Assembly (NCBI GenBank): GCA_045531355.1
Contig: JAZSDW010000028.1
Coordinates: 1 to 56,852, forward strand
Direction: 5' to 3'
Length of the DNA stretch: 56,852 nt
Source: Clostridia bacterium
GTDB lineage: Bacteria > Bacillota > Clostridia > UMGS1883 > UMGS1540
The notes beneath the pieces are model-generated. The model had not been told where the DNA came from. It saw only the letters and a program-made list of their open reading frames with translations, and made no database searches. This document shows positions 28,860 to 38,481 of this stretch, one piece after another (position 1 is the first letter of the stretch; every line of letters begins with the position of its first letter). A program made the translations under genes and the position numbers.

Positions 28860-30231
28860 TACTACGCAGCCTCCTTTCGAGAAGCGTTACAAGATGCTGC
28901 AGCGTGAGCACCATCACGAGATAAATGACGGCCACGCAAATCAGCGGCATAAAGGCGCTGTAGGTTGCCGCCCGGATTGCGTTCCCGGCATACATTAAAT
29001 CGCCAAGCCCGATATAGAAGGCGATGGAGGTTTCCTTAAGGAGTACAACAAACTCATTGGCAAGTGCCGGCAAAACGGCTTTAAACGCCTGCGGGAATAC
29101 GATGTAGAGCATTGTGGGCATATAGCCAAAGCCAAGGCTTCGCCCGGCCTCCATCTGGCCATCGTCAACGCTCATGATACCGCCGCGGACGATTTCCGCC
29201 ACATACGCGCCGGAATTGAGACCGAAGCAGATAACGGCAGCCAAAAATTTGTCCACCCCAAGCGGCATGAAGATGACGAAATAAATAATCATAATCTGCA
29301 CCACGACGGGCGTGCCGCGGATGACGGTAAGATACACACGGCAAACTCTGTCAAAAAGCCGAAGGAGAAGCCCGTGCCGCGTTGTTTTAAGATATGTGCA
29401 CCGCACAAACGCCACTAAAAATCCGAGCACAATCCCTATAAGAAGTGCAAATACCGTAAGCTTTATCGTAACCCATAGCCCGGTGAAAATGGTTTTCCAC
29501 CTTCCGGATTCAATAAAGTTACGCGTAAAATCTTTTTTAAGGCTGTTCCAAAAGGCACCGAGTGGCGTGGCCGTGTCCGGCTTTGCGTTTTGACGGAGCT
29601 CTATACATTGCAGAAAGCCTTTTTTTAGGTTTGCGGAAGAGACCGGCTTTTCAGTGCGTTCGCCATTTGGCGAAACAATAACCGTTGTATTTTTTTCGGC
29701 AATATCCTTTCCAATATCTGCAATGCCGCCGTAAACGAGGTTTACCGCCGCATCACTCGCGTAAAGTGCAAGGCCGTTCTTCGTATCGTAGAGATAAATT
29801 TCGCCCGCTGCCTCTTTTTCCGGCGCCGTAGCCAGAAGGGAAAGGAGCATCGGCTCAAATTCCAGCTTGAAATCCAGGGCAGACTTGAACATCGTGCCGT
29901 TTTTCTTCTTCTCGTCAGCCGACAAAAACGCATCATACTCCGGGCTTATCGCCGCATGAATATCCAGCGTTTTGACGCTGCAAGTCAGCACAATATCCTT
30001 TTCCTCGCCGTAGCGGATGTCCGTAACCGAAATGGTGCTTCTTTCGGCCACCGCTTGCATGACCTTCGAGACGGCAATATTGTCCATTTCCGTATTGACA
30101 AACTGCTCCGCTTCTTCAAGAGAAAGCGTGCGTGCTTTCGTTTCATTTTGCAGTGCCGTAAAAACGCCGCATGCGGCAAGCACCAAAAGGCAGAGAACAA
30201 GCCCTATCGTAATGATTCTTTTCTTGCGCAT
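28849..30231 (-). CDS. Amino-acid ABC transporter permease with a roughly 220-aa N-terminal extracytoplasmic extension
   Basis: The C-terminal half is HisM/GlnP-like (EAGRSLGF...P). The N-terminus is a TM segment plus a soluble domain. Start set at ATG 30231, which follows AAGGAG. Confidence 0.8.
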   Translation of the reverse strand: MRKKRIITIGLVLCLLVLAACGVFTALQNETKARTLSLEEAEQFVNTEMDNIAVSKVMQAVAERSTISVTDIRYGEEKDIVLTCSVKTLDIHAAISPEYDAFLSADEKKKNGTMFKSALDFKLEFEPMLLSLLATAPEKEAAGEIYLYDTKNGLALYASDAAVNLVYGGIADIGKDIAEKNTTVIVSPNGERTEKPVSSANLKKGFLQCIELRQNAKPDTATPLGAFWNSLKKDFTRNFIESGRWKTIFTGLWVTIKLTVFALLIGIVLGFLVAFVRCTYLKTTRHGLLLRLFDRVCRVYLTVIRGTPVVVQIMIIYFVIFMPLGVDKFLAAVICFGLNSGAYVAEIVRGGIMSVDDGQMEAGRSLGFGYMPTMLYIVFPQAFKAVLPALANEFVVLLKETSIAFYIGLGDLMYAGNAIRAATYSAFMPLICVAVIYLVMVLTLQHLVTLLERRLRSSER

Positions 30232-30334
30232 AGTTTTCTCCTTCATTTGCAGACTTTTAAGCCCTTATGGAAACGGCAAATCCTTTGCCTCTTGCATAAA
30301 AGCTAAAAAGCACTAAACCGAAAAAAGTGCCCTG

Positions 30335-30360
30335 CCCGGCATCCGCAAAGGGATGCCGGG
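30335..30360 (-). other. Intra-operon stem-loop between the binding-protein and permease genes
   Basis: cccggcatcc / ggatgccggg 10-bp stem. On the minus strand a T-run follows 9 nt later, so this is a possible partial terminator that would favour binding-protein excess. Confidence 0.4.
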
Positions 30361-30397
30361 CGGAGCAAACGCCCAAAGGAGCCTTTCATTCAGGTTC

Positions 30398-31132
30398 TTA
30401 CTCTGCTTTGATATATTTTGCGATGATGTTGTCAATCGTGCCATCGCTTGTCAGCTTTTCGAGCGCCTTGTTGATATCAGCAAGCAATGTGCCATTTTCC
30501 TTCTTGATGGCAATTGCATAGTCCTCAACGGCATATTCTGTTTCCAGAATCTTCAGGCCTTCGTTTTCCTTCACGAATGCCTTTGCCGGCTCGTTGTCAA
30601 TGATAACGGCGTCTACATCGCCACCCTTTAAGGCGATAACCGCATCAGCGCCCTTGCCGTAGCTTGTTACATTTTCCTCGCCGTAGTCATCCTTCGAATA
30701 CATGTCGCCGGTGGTGCCGAGCTGGGTACCGATTTTCTTGCCTTCAAGGTCGTCCAGCGTGGCAATTGCGGAATCTTCGGGGACGATAACAACCTGTACG
30801 CCTGTGGCGTAGCTGGCAGAAAAGTCAACCTCTTCCTTGCGTTCGTCCGTCACGGTCATGCCGGCCATACCGAAATCAACTTCGCCCTGCTGTACGGAAG
30901 CGATAATGGAATCAAATTCCATATCTACAACCTCAAGTGTTGTGCCGAGCTCTTTTGCAATTGCTTCTGCAATTTCCACATCGATGCCGACAAATGCTTC
31001 GCCCTCTTTGTATTCATACGGCGGGAACGCAGCGTTTGTGCCCATCTTCAGGGGTGTTGCCGTTTCCTTCTGGCAAGCCACAAAGGAAAATGCCATTACC
31101 AGAGCCAATAAAAATAATAATGTTTTTTTCAT
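30398..31132 (-). CDS. Amino-acid ABC transporter substrate-binding lipoprotein
   Basis: Lipobox FSFVAC. Family 3 SBP-like sequence (GIDVEIA, DFGMAGMT). Confidence 0.85.
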   Translation of the reverse strand: MKKTLLFLLALVMAFSFVACQKETATPLKMGTNAAFPPYEYKEGEAFVGIDVEIAEAIAKELGTTLEVVDMEFDSIIASVQQGEVDFGMAGMTVTDERKEEVDFSASYATGVQVVIVPEDSAIATLDDLEGKKIGTQLGTTGDMYSKDDYGEENVTSYGKGADAVIALKGGDVDAVIIDNEPAKAFVKENEGLKILETEYAVEDYAIAIKKENGTLLADINKALEKLTSDGTIDNIIAKYIKAE

Positions 31133-31220
31133 GGTTTCTACCTCCAGAAAATTTTTTAATCGCCTATATTATACCGCGTCTGCATGGAAATTGCAAGCTT
31201 TTTTAGAAATTTGTGGATTT

Positions 31221-32963
31221 TTATATCCCGTGCGTTTCTCCTGAAAATTCCTCCGGTCCCTTTGGGACAACATACACCGTATGCTGCTTTTCATACAGTA
31301 CCATACCGGGGCGGGCGCCTGAAGGCTTCCACACATGTTTTGCGCGGGTATAGTCCACCGGCACCTGTGCGCTTTCCCGTGCACTGCTGTGCCACGCGGC
31401 AAGCTCTGCCGCACGCCGCACGACGCTGTCCGGCGCCTCGCGGTGCTGTGTGCGAATCAGCACATGGGAACCGGGGTGCTCCTTCGTATGCAGCCAGATG
31501 TCCTCGGCGCGGGAAAGACGGAGCGTAACGAAATCGTTTTGCCGGTTGTTTCGGCCGACTAAGACGGAAAAGCCCTCAATCTCGTACTCCAGCGGCGCCG
31601 CCGGCGCCTCCTTCTGCTTTTTGCCGCGCGTCTCGCTTTTGATGTAGCCGCCCGACGAAAGCTCCTGCCGGATTTCCATAAGTGCCGCCTCATCCTCCGC
31701 GCGCGCAATCGATTCAAGCACCGACGCCATATACTGCGCCTCTGCTTCGGCTTTTTTCAGCTCCTCCCGCACCACGACGGCGGCCGTCTTCATCTTGCGG
31801 TACTTTTTAAAATACGCCTCGGCATTTTGCGCGGGTGTTTTAGCACAGTCAAGCGGAATGGTTACCGGTGCCATGTCCGCATAAAAATTTTCGAGCGTAA
31901 TCTGCCGCATCCCCGTTTCGGCGCGGTAGAGATTCGCATAGAGAAGCTCCCCGTATATCCGGCTTTCTTCCATTGTTTCCGTATCGGAAAGCGTTGCGAG
32001 GTGAATCCCGATTTTCTTTTGAGCGCGTTCCAAAAGTGCCGTTACGCGTTTTTTAAGCGTTGCACTCTTTTGCCGCATCCGGTCGGACCTATCGCGCTTT
32101 TCATAAAACCGCTCTAAAATGCGAGAAAAAGTTTCTTCGGTTTCTATCTGCAAAAGTCCTTTTGCCGCATAAGGGACATACGCCGTAAAATCCACCGTTT
32201 CGCCCTCGGGCGAAAGGAGAAGGGAAGGCGAAAAATCCTCCCGCCGCACTGCATCAAAAAATGCGGCAAAGCTCTCGGCAATTTTTTCTTCGTTTCCGCC
32301 GACCATTGCATCCTCGTTGCATGTGGCCCGCGCCGCAATCGAACGCGCAGCCATAGGGCTAATGCCGCGAAAAAGCGTTGTGAGGGCTTTCGGTGCGGTA
32401 GAAAGCACCATATCGGAAAGAAGCCTTATGCAGGTTTCCCTGTCGACGGAAAGCGGATTCGTTTTGTCCTGCAGGGGCGGCGGTGCGTAGGGAAGCCCCG
32501 GCAGAATGCTGCGGCCGGCCGTAAGGTCTGTGTGATGTGCCGCCTCAATAATTTTCCCCTTCGCGTCGGTCAGAATAATATTCGGGTTTCGGCCGGCAAA
32601 TTCGGCATAGAGTATCCGCTCGGTTTTGTCGCCCAGCTCATTATAGGTGCTGACGGTGATGCGGATCAGCCGCTCAAAATCCGGCTGACATATCTCCATA
32701 ATCTTTCCGCCGGAAAGGTGTTTGCGAAGAAGCATGCAAAAAAGCGGTGCCTCGGCCGGGTTTTTCTTCCGCACCTCAGTAATATGGATCCGCGGATTTG
32801 CATGGCCGGCACTGATTAAAAGGCGTAGATTTTCCCGCGGCGTTCGAACCGCCAGAATAATTTCGTCCTTTTCCGGCTGATAAATTTTGTCAATGCGCCC
32901 GTCACGAAGCCGCGTACGCAGTTCTGCGGCCATACAGGCAATCGCCGTAGCATCCAGTGGCAT
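31221..32963 (-). CDS. rqcH: NFACT-family ribosome quality control protein RqcH (FbpA-like)
   Basis: NFACT-N start MPLDATAIACMAAELRTRL.GRIDKIYQP and C-terminal NFACT-R (WLHTKEHPGSHVLI). Start set at ATG 32963. Confidence 0.8.
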   Translation of the reverse strand: MPLDATAIACMAAELRTRLRDGRIDKIYQPEKDEIILAVRTPRENLRLLISAGHANPRIHITEVRKKNPAEAPLFCMLLRKHLSGGKIMEICQPDFERLIRITVSTYNELGDKTERILYAEFAGRNPNIILTDAKGKIIEAAHHTDLTAGRSILPGLPYAPPPLQDKTNPLSVDRETCIRLLSDMVLSTAPKALTTLFRGISPMAARSIAARATCNEDAMVGGNEEKIAESFAAFFDAVRREDFSPSLLLSPEGETVDFTAYVPYAAKGLLQIETEETFSRILERFYEKRDRSDRMRQKSATLKKRVTALLERAQKKIGIHLATLSDTETMEESRIYGELLYANLYRAETGMRQITLENFYADMAPVTIPLDCAKTPAQNAEAYFKKYRKMKTAAVVVREELKKAEAEAQYMASVLESIARAEDEAALMEIRQELSSGGYIKSETRGKKQKEAPAAPLEYEIEGFSVLVGRNNRQNDFVTLRLSRAEDIWLHTKEHPGSHVLIRTQHREAPDSVVRRAAELAAWHSSARESAQVPVDYTRAKHVWKPSGARPGMVLYEKQHTVYVVPKGPEEFSGETHGI

Positions 32964-33003
32964 ATTCGTTCCCCTTTTTTCTGCGCGCAGGCAAGCGCTT
33001 CTC

Positions 33004-33046
33004 AAAAAATATCCTGCAATTTATATTGTATATAAATCGCAGGATA
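33004..33046 (-). terminator. Terminator of the SDR/aldolase operon
   Basis: 18-bp arms aatatcctgcaatttata / tataaatcgcaggatatt (1 mismatch). On the minus strand this is followed by tttttt. Confidence 0.6.
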
Positions 33047-33109
33047 TTGTCAACCTGTTTTTTCGTTACGCTTTCGAAATGCGCGCGGTGCTGGCGCGTC
33101 TATCTTTCA

Positions 33110-33892
33110 TTATTTTGCGGTGTATCCGCCGTCGATTTCAATGGATGAGCCGGTAATGTAGGCCGACGCATCGGATGCCAAAAATACAATTGCGCCTTTA
33201 ACATCCGTTTCGTTTGCCATTCTGTTTAAGAAGGTTTTGGCGCTGTAACGCTTTACAAATTCTTCGGGCTGGTTATTAAAGAAACCGCCTAAATTCAGCA
33301 CATTACAACAGATATTGTATTTTCCGTAACGGCTTGCCAGAAACTTCGTGTAGTTGTGCATGCCGCCCTTGTGGAAGAAATAATCGCCTGCAAAGTCGGT
33401 GCTCATCTCCGTATCTTTGTAAAGCTCGTAGTCCGGACCTAAAATGCCCATATAAGAGCCGATATTGATAATTCTGCCGCCGCCGTTTTCGGCCATGTGG
33501 TCCCCAAACGCGCGGGAAATAATCATAAGTCCCGTGGCGTTTACATGCATGCTTTTATCAAAGAGGTCATTGTCGCCATAATAGCCCTGCGTGCACCGCA
33601 GAACGGAATTGTTGACTAATATGCTGACTTTGTCGCCATTTTTTGTGATTTCGTTTAAAAAGCGTTCCACGCTTGCCTGGTCGCTCTGGTCTACCTGTCC
33701 GCCGTAAACCGCATAGCCCCTTTCGCGCATTTCCGCGGCATATTTTTCGTTTGCTTCGAGTGTTCTCGACGCTGTATATACCTTCGCGCCCGCCTCGGCA
33801 AGCGCCTCCACGATTTGTCTGCCGTACAGGCCGCTGCCGCCGGTAACAACCGCAACTTTTCCATCCAGTCTGAAACTATCTAAAATATTCAT
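33110..33892 (-). CDS. SDR family oxidoreductase
   Basis: Rossmann motif VTGGSGLYG, LVNNS motif, size of about 260 aa. Confidence 0.75.
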   Translation of the reverse strand: MNILDSFRLDGKVAVVTGGSGLYGRQIVEALAEAGAKVYTASRTLEANEKYAAEMRERGYAVYGGQVDQSDQASVERFLNEITKNGDKVSILVNNSVLRCTQGYYGDNDLFDKSMHVNATGLMIISRAFGDHMAENGGGRIINIGSYMGILGPDYELYKDTEMSTDFAGDYFFHKGGMHNYTKFLASRYGKYNICCNVLNLGGFFNNQPEEFVKRYSAKTFLNRMANETDVKGAIVFLASDASAYITGSSIEIDGGYTAK

Positions 33893-33904
33893 CGTACACC
33901 CCTC

Positions 33905-34678
33905 TTAAAGTTTCTGTATGCCTTCTACCAGTTCCTTATAGTATGCGCCGAGTGCCACAACATCCGCCCCCATGCTGATAAAGTTATAGCCTTCGTCCAT
34001 CAAAGCCTTCCCATTGCCGAGCCCACCGACAACGCCGGCAATTTTGCCGTGCTTCCGTGCCGTGGCCGCAACAAGCTTCCGCGTTTTTGTAAGCGTTTCA
34101 TCGCCGAACTGGCACGGTTTTCCGATGCCCTGGCTAAAATCGGCGGGGCCGAAGAAAATCATGTCAATGCCGGGAAGCGCGCAAATTTCTTCGAGTTCCG
34201 GAAGCGGCTCGGGGTCTTCAATCTGAATGACCGTAAAGCGTTCTTCGTTTGCCTCTTTTATGTAGTCAAGCGCATCGACAAGACAGTATTTCCCGTCGGC
34301 ATTGCCGCCGTCAAGCGGTCTTCGGCCAATGGGGTGAAATTTTGTGTAGTACACAACCTGCTTTGCATCGGCAAGACTCATCACATGCGGAACCATAATG
34401 CCCGTGGAATCCGCCTCGAGCGGCCGTATAACATCTGAATACCCGCCCGCTCTTGACACTCTTGTCAGCACATCGCAATCATAAATTTTGGCGGCTCTTA
34501 TCATATTTTCGATTTCCGCATAATCCGACGGCACATGCTCCATATCCACCCAGATGCAGTCAATCCCGCTCATAGCCGCAATTTCTGCAACGCGCGGGTC
34601 GCACAGATTCAGCTTTGTGCAAAATGCAGTTTCGCCATTTCTGATTTTCCGCAGAACTTTACTCTTTCGCATATTCAC
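33905..34678 (-). CDS. HpcH/HpaI family 2-keto-3-deoxy-acid aldolase
   Basis: HpcH-like sequence (WVDMEH, IQIE, FFGPADF). The GTG start overlaps the upstream stop. The alternative start is ATG 34672. Confidence 0.7.
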   Translation of the reverse strand: MNMRKSKVLRKIRNGETAFCTKLNLCDPRVAEIAAMSGIDCIWVDMEHVPSDYAEIENMIRAAKIYDCDVLTRVSRAGGYSDVIRPLEADSTGIMVPHVMSLADAKQVVYYTKFHPIGRRPLDGGNADGKYCLVDALDYIKEANEERFTVIQIEDPEPLPELEEICALPGIDMIFFGPADFSQGIGKPCQFGDETLTKTRKLVAATARKHGKIAGVVGGLGNGKALMDEGYNFISMGADVVALGAYYKELVEGIQKL

Positions 34679-35622
34679 TTCGCTTCTACCTCTTTTCTGA
34701 TTTCGTCGAGCATGACGCGCCTGCCACCTTCGTTGCGGCTGCGGATGCCGGCAATAATAATTTCCATAAGCTCTATTGTTTCTTCAAACGGATAGGGACG
34801 AACGCCTGTTTCCAGATATTCCACAAATTCATCCAGCTGCTTGTGGAACGCATAATAGCTGTCTTGCAGCGACGCAACCGCGCTTCCGGCCGTTCCCACT
34901 AATTTCAGGGGGGATGCGGCCATGTCATAAATCAAGGCGAGGTTTACATCGATGCCGTCTTTATGCACAAGGTGCACAATATTATTATTTTCGCCACCGG
35001 TGTTCTGCACCGAAACATACCCGGGACCCGTAATTCTATATACAGGCTCAAGAGCGTGGATGCCGTACCGCTCCCAGCTTTTATTCATGGTCATATTGAT
35101 ATAGCGAAGCTTTCCGAGCTCGTTTGTCGACGCAAAGTACGGCATATATTCCTTTGTATACCGGAGAGAGCTTGACGACATGATTTTCGCGCCGTCTTTT
35201 ACCCACCCTATAAAGGTTTTCAAATCCTCGACATTGTCTGCAAGCGGTTTATCGACAAACACGGGAAGCCCCGCCTTTACGAACGGCTCTGCACGCCACA
35301 CATGCTCCCAGCCCTTGTCGGTACCGATAATAACGGCATCGACCTCGCCGATAACATCTTCAGGTTTGTCAACAATATTCGGAATCAGCGAAGCTTTCGA
35401 CACCTTCTTCGCGTCCTCTTTATCATCCGTCCAGATGTGCGTGATTTTTGCGCCTCTAACACCGAAATTCTCCGGCGGCTCTTTTTCGAGATACCGCGGA
35501 ATTACGGGGTATCCGCAATCCTCCATCGCTTCTTTGTTGTAACCGTTGAACATTGCACTCCACGAATAGGGGTGGCCGTTTCCGTCTACCATTCCAAGCA
35601 TTGCAATTTTAAATTCTTTCAT
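34675..35622 (-). CDS. Gfo/Idh/MocA-like oxidoreductase
   Basis: N-terminal Rossmann-like fold of about 315 aa. RBS is AAGGAGGG. Family assignment is by overall resemblance only. Confidence 0.5.
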   Translation of the reverse strand: MKEFKIAMLGMVDGNGHPYSWSAMFNGYNKEAMEDCGYPVIPRYLEKEPPENFGVRGAKITHIWTDDKEDAKKVSKASLIPNIVDKPEDVIGEVDAVIIGTDKGWEHVWRAEPFVKAGLPVFVDKPLADNVEDLKTFIGWVKDGAKIMSSSSLRYTKEYMPYFASTNELGKLRYINMTMNKSWERYGIHALEPVYRITGPGYVSVQNTGGENNNIVHLVHKDGIDVNLALIYDMAASPLKLVGTAGSAVASLQDSYYAFHKQLDEFVEYLETGVRPYPFEETIELMEIIIAGIRSRNEGGRRVMLDEIRKEVEAK

Positions 35623-35773
35623 GTTACACCCTCCTTTGGAAATATGATAATATAACGCCCGAAAAAAAACAATACTCTCATGGAGCCACTTTTTTTGGAA
35701 ATGTCCCTTTTTTGCAGTTTTTTGTTGATTTTTTCAAAAAATTTCAGTATACTAAGGAAAAGGAGGTGCTCAT

Positions 35774-36625
35774 ATGCTGCAAATTGTACAAAAGAACCTG
35801 AAATTTAAGTTGGACGGCTTTTCTGTAAGCGCCAGTGTAGATCATCTTATCCGTGCCGACGACATGCCGTCCGATATTCTGATGCAGAATTTTCATTACC
35901 ACGCCATCTACGAGCTTTTTATCGTGGAAGAAAGCCCGCTGACTGTGTATACAGAATCGGGCACCGCGATTTATCGCAGCGGTATCGTCTGCATTCCGCC
36001 CTTTTTAAAACACCGCACTAAGCGAAAGTGCGGCATCCGGATTTTGTTTTCTCTGGATAAGAACACCACAAGCGGCGATTTTGCAAAATTTATGCACGCC
36101 ACCTTTTCGGCCCAAGCGCCAGTTATTTTGCAGACAAATACGGCGCTTTCGTTTTATGCCGCACAGCTCGCCTCCATTTTAAGTCTGGATACACGCGCTG
36201 CAAATGAAATTGCGTCCTCGCTTGTCCGTCTTATTTTTTACAGTATTTTCTCCGGCAATTACGAACTAAAAAATGCGCCGAGCAAGGAAGCCTTCCTTGC
36301 GACAAACGAAAGCTATTTATCGCGCATTGATGTTATGATTGATTCGTTTGCAGAGAACATCAACCTCCAACTGGTGGCAGACCGCCTGGGGCTGAGCACG
36401 AAGCAAGCCTCAAGAATCATTAAAAAGAACTATAAAAAACCGCTTTCCCAGCTTTTGTGCGAAAAGCGCCTTTCCGTCGCTGCGGAGCTTCTTCTCCGGA
36501 GCGACAAAACGATTCTGGAGATTGTTGACTTTGTCCATTTTCCGTCCGAAAGCTATTTTTACCGCAAATTCAAAGAAGCCTTTGGCTGTACGCCGCTGGC
36601 GTATAGGAAACAAAACCGTCTGTAA
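35774..36625 (+). CDS. AraC family transcriptional regulator (divergent from the oxidoreductase/aldolase operon)
   Basis: C-terminal double HTH (VADRLGLSTKQASRIIKK; FPSESYFYRKFKEAFGCTPLAYR). N-terminal cupin-like domain. Confidence 0.85.
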   Translation: MLQIVQKNLKFKLDGFSVSASVDHLIRADDMPSDILMQNFHYHAIYELFIVEESPLTVYTESGTAIYRSGIVCIPPFLKHRTKRKCGIRILFSLDKNTTSGDFAKFMHATFSAQAPVILQTNTALSFYAAQLASILSLDTRAANEIASSLVRLIFYSIFSGNYELKNAPSKEAFLATNESYLSRIDVMIDSFAENINLQLVADRLGLSTKQASRIIKKNYKKPLSQLLCEKRLSVAAELLLRSDKTILEIVDFVHFPSESYFYRKFKEAFGCTPLAYRKQNRL

Positions 36626-36641
36626 ACTTTTGCGCTGCGAA

Positions 36642-36678
36642 AGAAAAGCCGGCGTGCCCTTTGGCACGCCGGCTTTCT
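36642..36678. terminator. Bidirectional terminator between araC-like gene and hup
   Basis: gccggcgtgcc / ggcacgccggc stem flanked by A- and T-runs. Confidence 0.7.
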
Positions 36679-36689
36679 TTTTGTTATTC

Positions 36690-36962
36690 TTATTTTACGA
36701 GATCCTTCAGCGCCTTGCCGGCCTTAAATACCGGAACATTGGCGGCAGGAATCTGCACCGTGGCACCGGTTTGCGGGTTTTTGCCCGTGCGAGCGGCGCG
36801 TGTGCGCGTTTCGAATGCGCCGAAACCAATCAGCTGCACCTTTTCACCGCTTTTTAATGCCTCGGTAATCGTGGCGATTGCTGCGCCAACGGCCTTTTCC
36901 GCGTCCTTCTTGGACAGCTCTGCCTTGGCAGCAACTGCCGAAATGAGTTCTGCTTTATTCAC
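36690..36962 (-). CDS. hup: DNA-binding protein HU
   Basis: (M)[10 protein letters not shown]...[24 protein letters not shown] start at 36962 follows GGAAGGAG and gives the canonical 90 aa. Confidence 0.9.
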   Translation of the reverse strand: MNKAELISAVAAKAELSKKDAEKAVGAAIATITEALKSGEKVQLIGFGAFETRTRAARTGKNPQTGATVQIPAANVPVFKAGKALKDLVK

Positions 36963-36996
36963 ATCTTTCACTCCTTCCGTTTCCTAGCATGTTCCC

Positions 36997-37025
36997 ATTG
37001 TATCACTCCGGAACCGGAATTTCAA
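36997..37025 (-). promoter_or_regulatory. Sigma-A promoter of hup
   Basis: On the minus strand: TTGAAA, 17 nt, TACAAT. Confidence 0.55.
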
Positions 37026-37067
37026 GCTTTTTGTGAAAAAATGTTAGTTTTTTGGGGATTTTTTCTC

Positions 37068-37625
37068 TTATTTCTGTGCGTTTAGATAAGCGGCTCTGCC
37101 TTCTTCGTAGAGATTTCTGCCGGTGCTATCAATAATGACAACGAGCGGCATATCCTCAACATAAAGCTTTCTTAGCGCTTCGGCGCCCAAATCCTCATAG
37201 GCAATAAGCTCCGCGCTTTTGATGCACTTTGCCAGCAGTGCGCCCGCGCCGCCGATGGCGCCAAAATATACGCCGTCATTCTCCTTCATCGCCTCTACGA
37301 CCTCAGGGAGCCGTGCACCCTTTCCAATCATACCGCGTGCGCCGACGCGCATCATGGTAGGCGCATAGGCGTCCATTCTTCCGCTTGTCGTAGGGCCTGC
37401 CGAGCCGATGACCTGTCCCGGCTTTGCCGGCGTAGGACCTACATAATAGATGGTCGCATCCTGCGGGTCAAACGGCAATTTCTCGCCGCGAGAGAGTGCC
37501 TCGCACATTCTTTTGTGGCCCGCGTCACGCGAGGTATAAATTGTACCGGTAAGAAGCACCTCATCGCCGGCCTTTAAGGTTTTTGCAAGCTCTCTTGTCA
37601 GCGGCAGGGTTATTTTTCTCGCCAT
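37068..37625 (-). CDS. Fe-S hydro-lyase beta subunit (class I fumarate hydratase / tartrate dehydratase family)
   Basis: Beta-subunit-like sequence (GTIYTSRDAGHKR, GPTTSGRMD). Lies 1 nt after the alpha subunit gene. Confidence 0.82.
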   Translation of the reverse strand: MARKITLPLTRELAKTLKAGDEVLLTGTIYTSRDAGHKRMCEALSRGEKLPFDPQDATIYYVGPTPAKPGQVIGSAGPTTSGRMDAYAPTMMRVGARGMIGKGARLPEVVEAMKENDGVYFGAIGGAGALLAKCIKSAELIAYEDLGAEALRKLYVEDMPLVVIIDSTGRNLYEEGRAAYLNAQK

Positions 37626-37626
37626 T

Positions 37627-38469
37627 TTAAAGCACCTCCGTCTTGTGTCTTGTCACATGGCAGTTGATATTCACTGCGCACGGCATGCCGGCAATATGCG
37701 TCGGCATCGTTTCGATATTGAGCCCAATAGCTGTCGTTTTGCCACCAAAGCCCTGCGGGCCTATGCCGAGCCGGTTGATTTTTTCGAGCATTTCCTTCTC
37801 AAGGTCGGCATAATACGGGTCGGGATGCGCGGAATCAATCGGCCGCATCAGCGCTTTTTTCGCAAGAAGCGCCGCTTTGTCAAAGGTGCCGCCAATGCCA
37901 ACGCCCACCACCATAGGCGGACAGGGATTCGGCCCCGCCGTTTCCACAACCTCCAGAATAAAGTCCTTGATGCCTTCAATGCCATGCGAGGGCTTGAACA
38001 TCCGGATCTGGCTCATGTTTTCACTGCCGAAGCCCTTGGGACCTACGGTAATTTTCACTTTTTCGCCCGGAACAATTTCCGTATAAATCATAGCGGGGGT
38101 GTTGTCGCCGGTGTTGCCGCGGCGCACCGGGTCCTTCACAACGGATTTCCGGAGATACCCCTTGTCATAGCCGCGACGCACGCCCTCATGAATAGCCTCG
38201 GAAAGGTCGCCACCCACAAAGTGCACATCCTGCCCGATTTCAAGGAATACACACGCCATACCGGTGTCCTGGCAAATCGGCACATTTTCGCGGTCCGCAA
38301 TCTCATAGTTTTCGATGATGTTATCGAGAACGCCTTTTGCAATCTCGCCGTCCTCACACGCCCGGCATCCCTTAATGGCGCATTTTACATCTTCCGGAAG
38401 ATGGTTATTTGCATCGATGCAAAGCTTTTCAACTGTATCGGTAATACAGCTTACATGAATTTCACGCAT
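37627..38469 (-). CDS. Fe-S hydro-lyase alpha subunit (class I fumarate hydratase family)
   Basis: Alpha-subunit-like sequence with cluster Cys residues (PICQDTG, GVGIGGT, NINCHV). Confidence 0.82.
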   Translation of the reverse strand: MREIHVSCITDTVEKLCIDANNHLPEDVKCAIKGCRACEDGEIAKGVLDNIIENYEIADRENVPICQDTGMACVFLEIGQDVHFVGGDLSEAIHEGVRRGYDKGYLRKSVVKDPVRRGNTGDNTPAMIYTEIVPGEKVKITVGPKGFGSENMSQIRMFKPSHGIEGIKDFILEVVETAGPNPCPPMVVGVGIGGTFDKAALLAKKALMRPIDSAHPDPYYADLEKEMLEKINRLGIGPQGFGGKTTAIGLNIETMPTHIAGMPCAVNINCHVTRHKTEVL

Positions 38470-38481
38470 AACAATTCTCCT

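Noticed and set aside
33023-33051. rqcH promoter embedded in the SDR terminator hairpin
   Set aside because: A TTGACA is present on the minus strand, but no good -10 lies at 16-18 nt spacing (CAATAT at 17, TACAAT only at 15). It is not reported as a feature.
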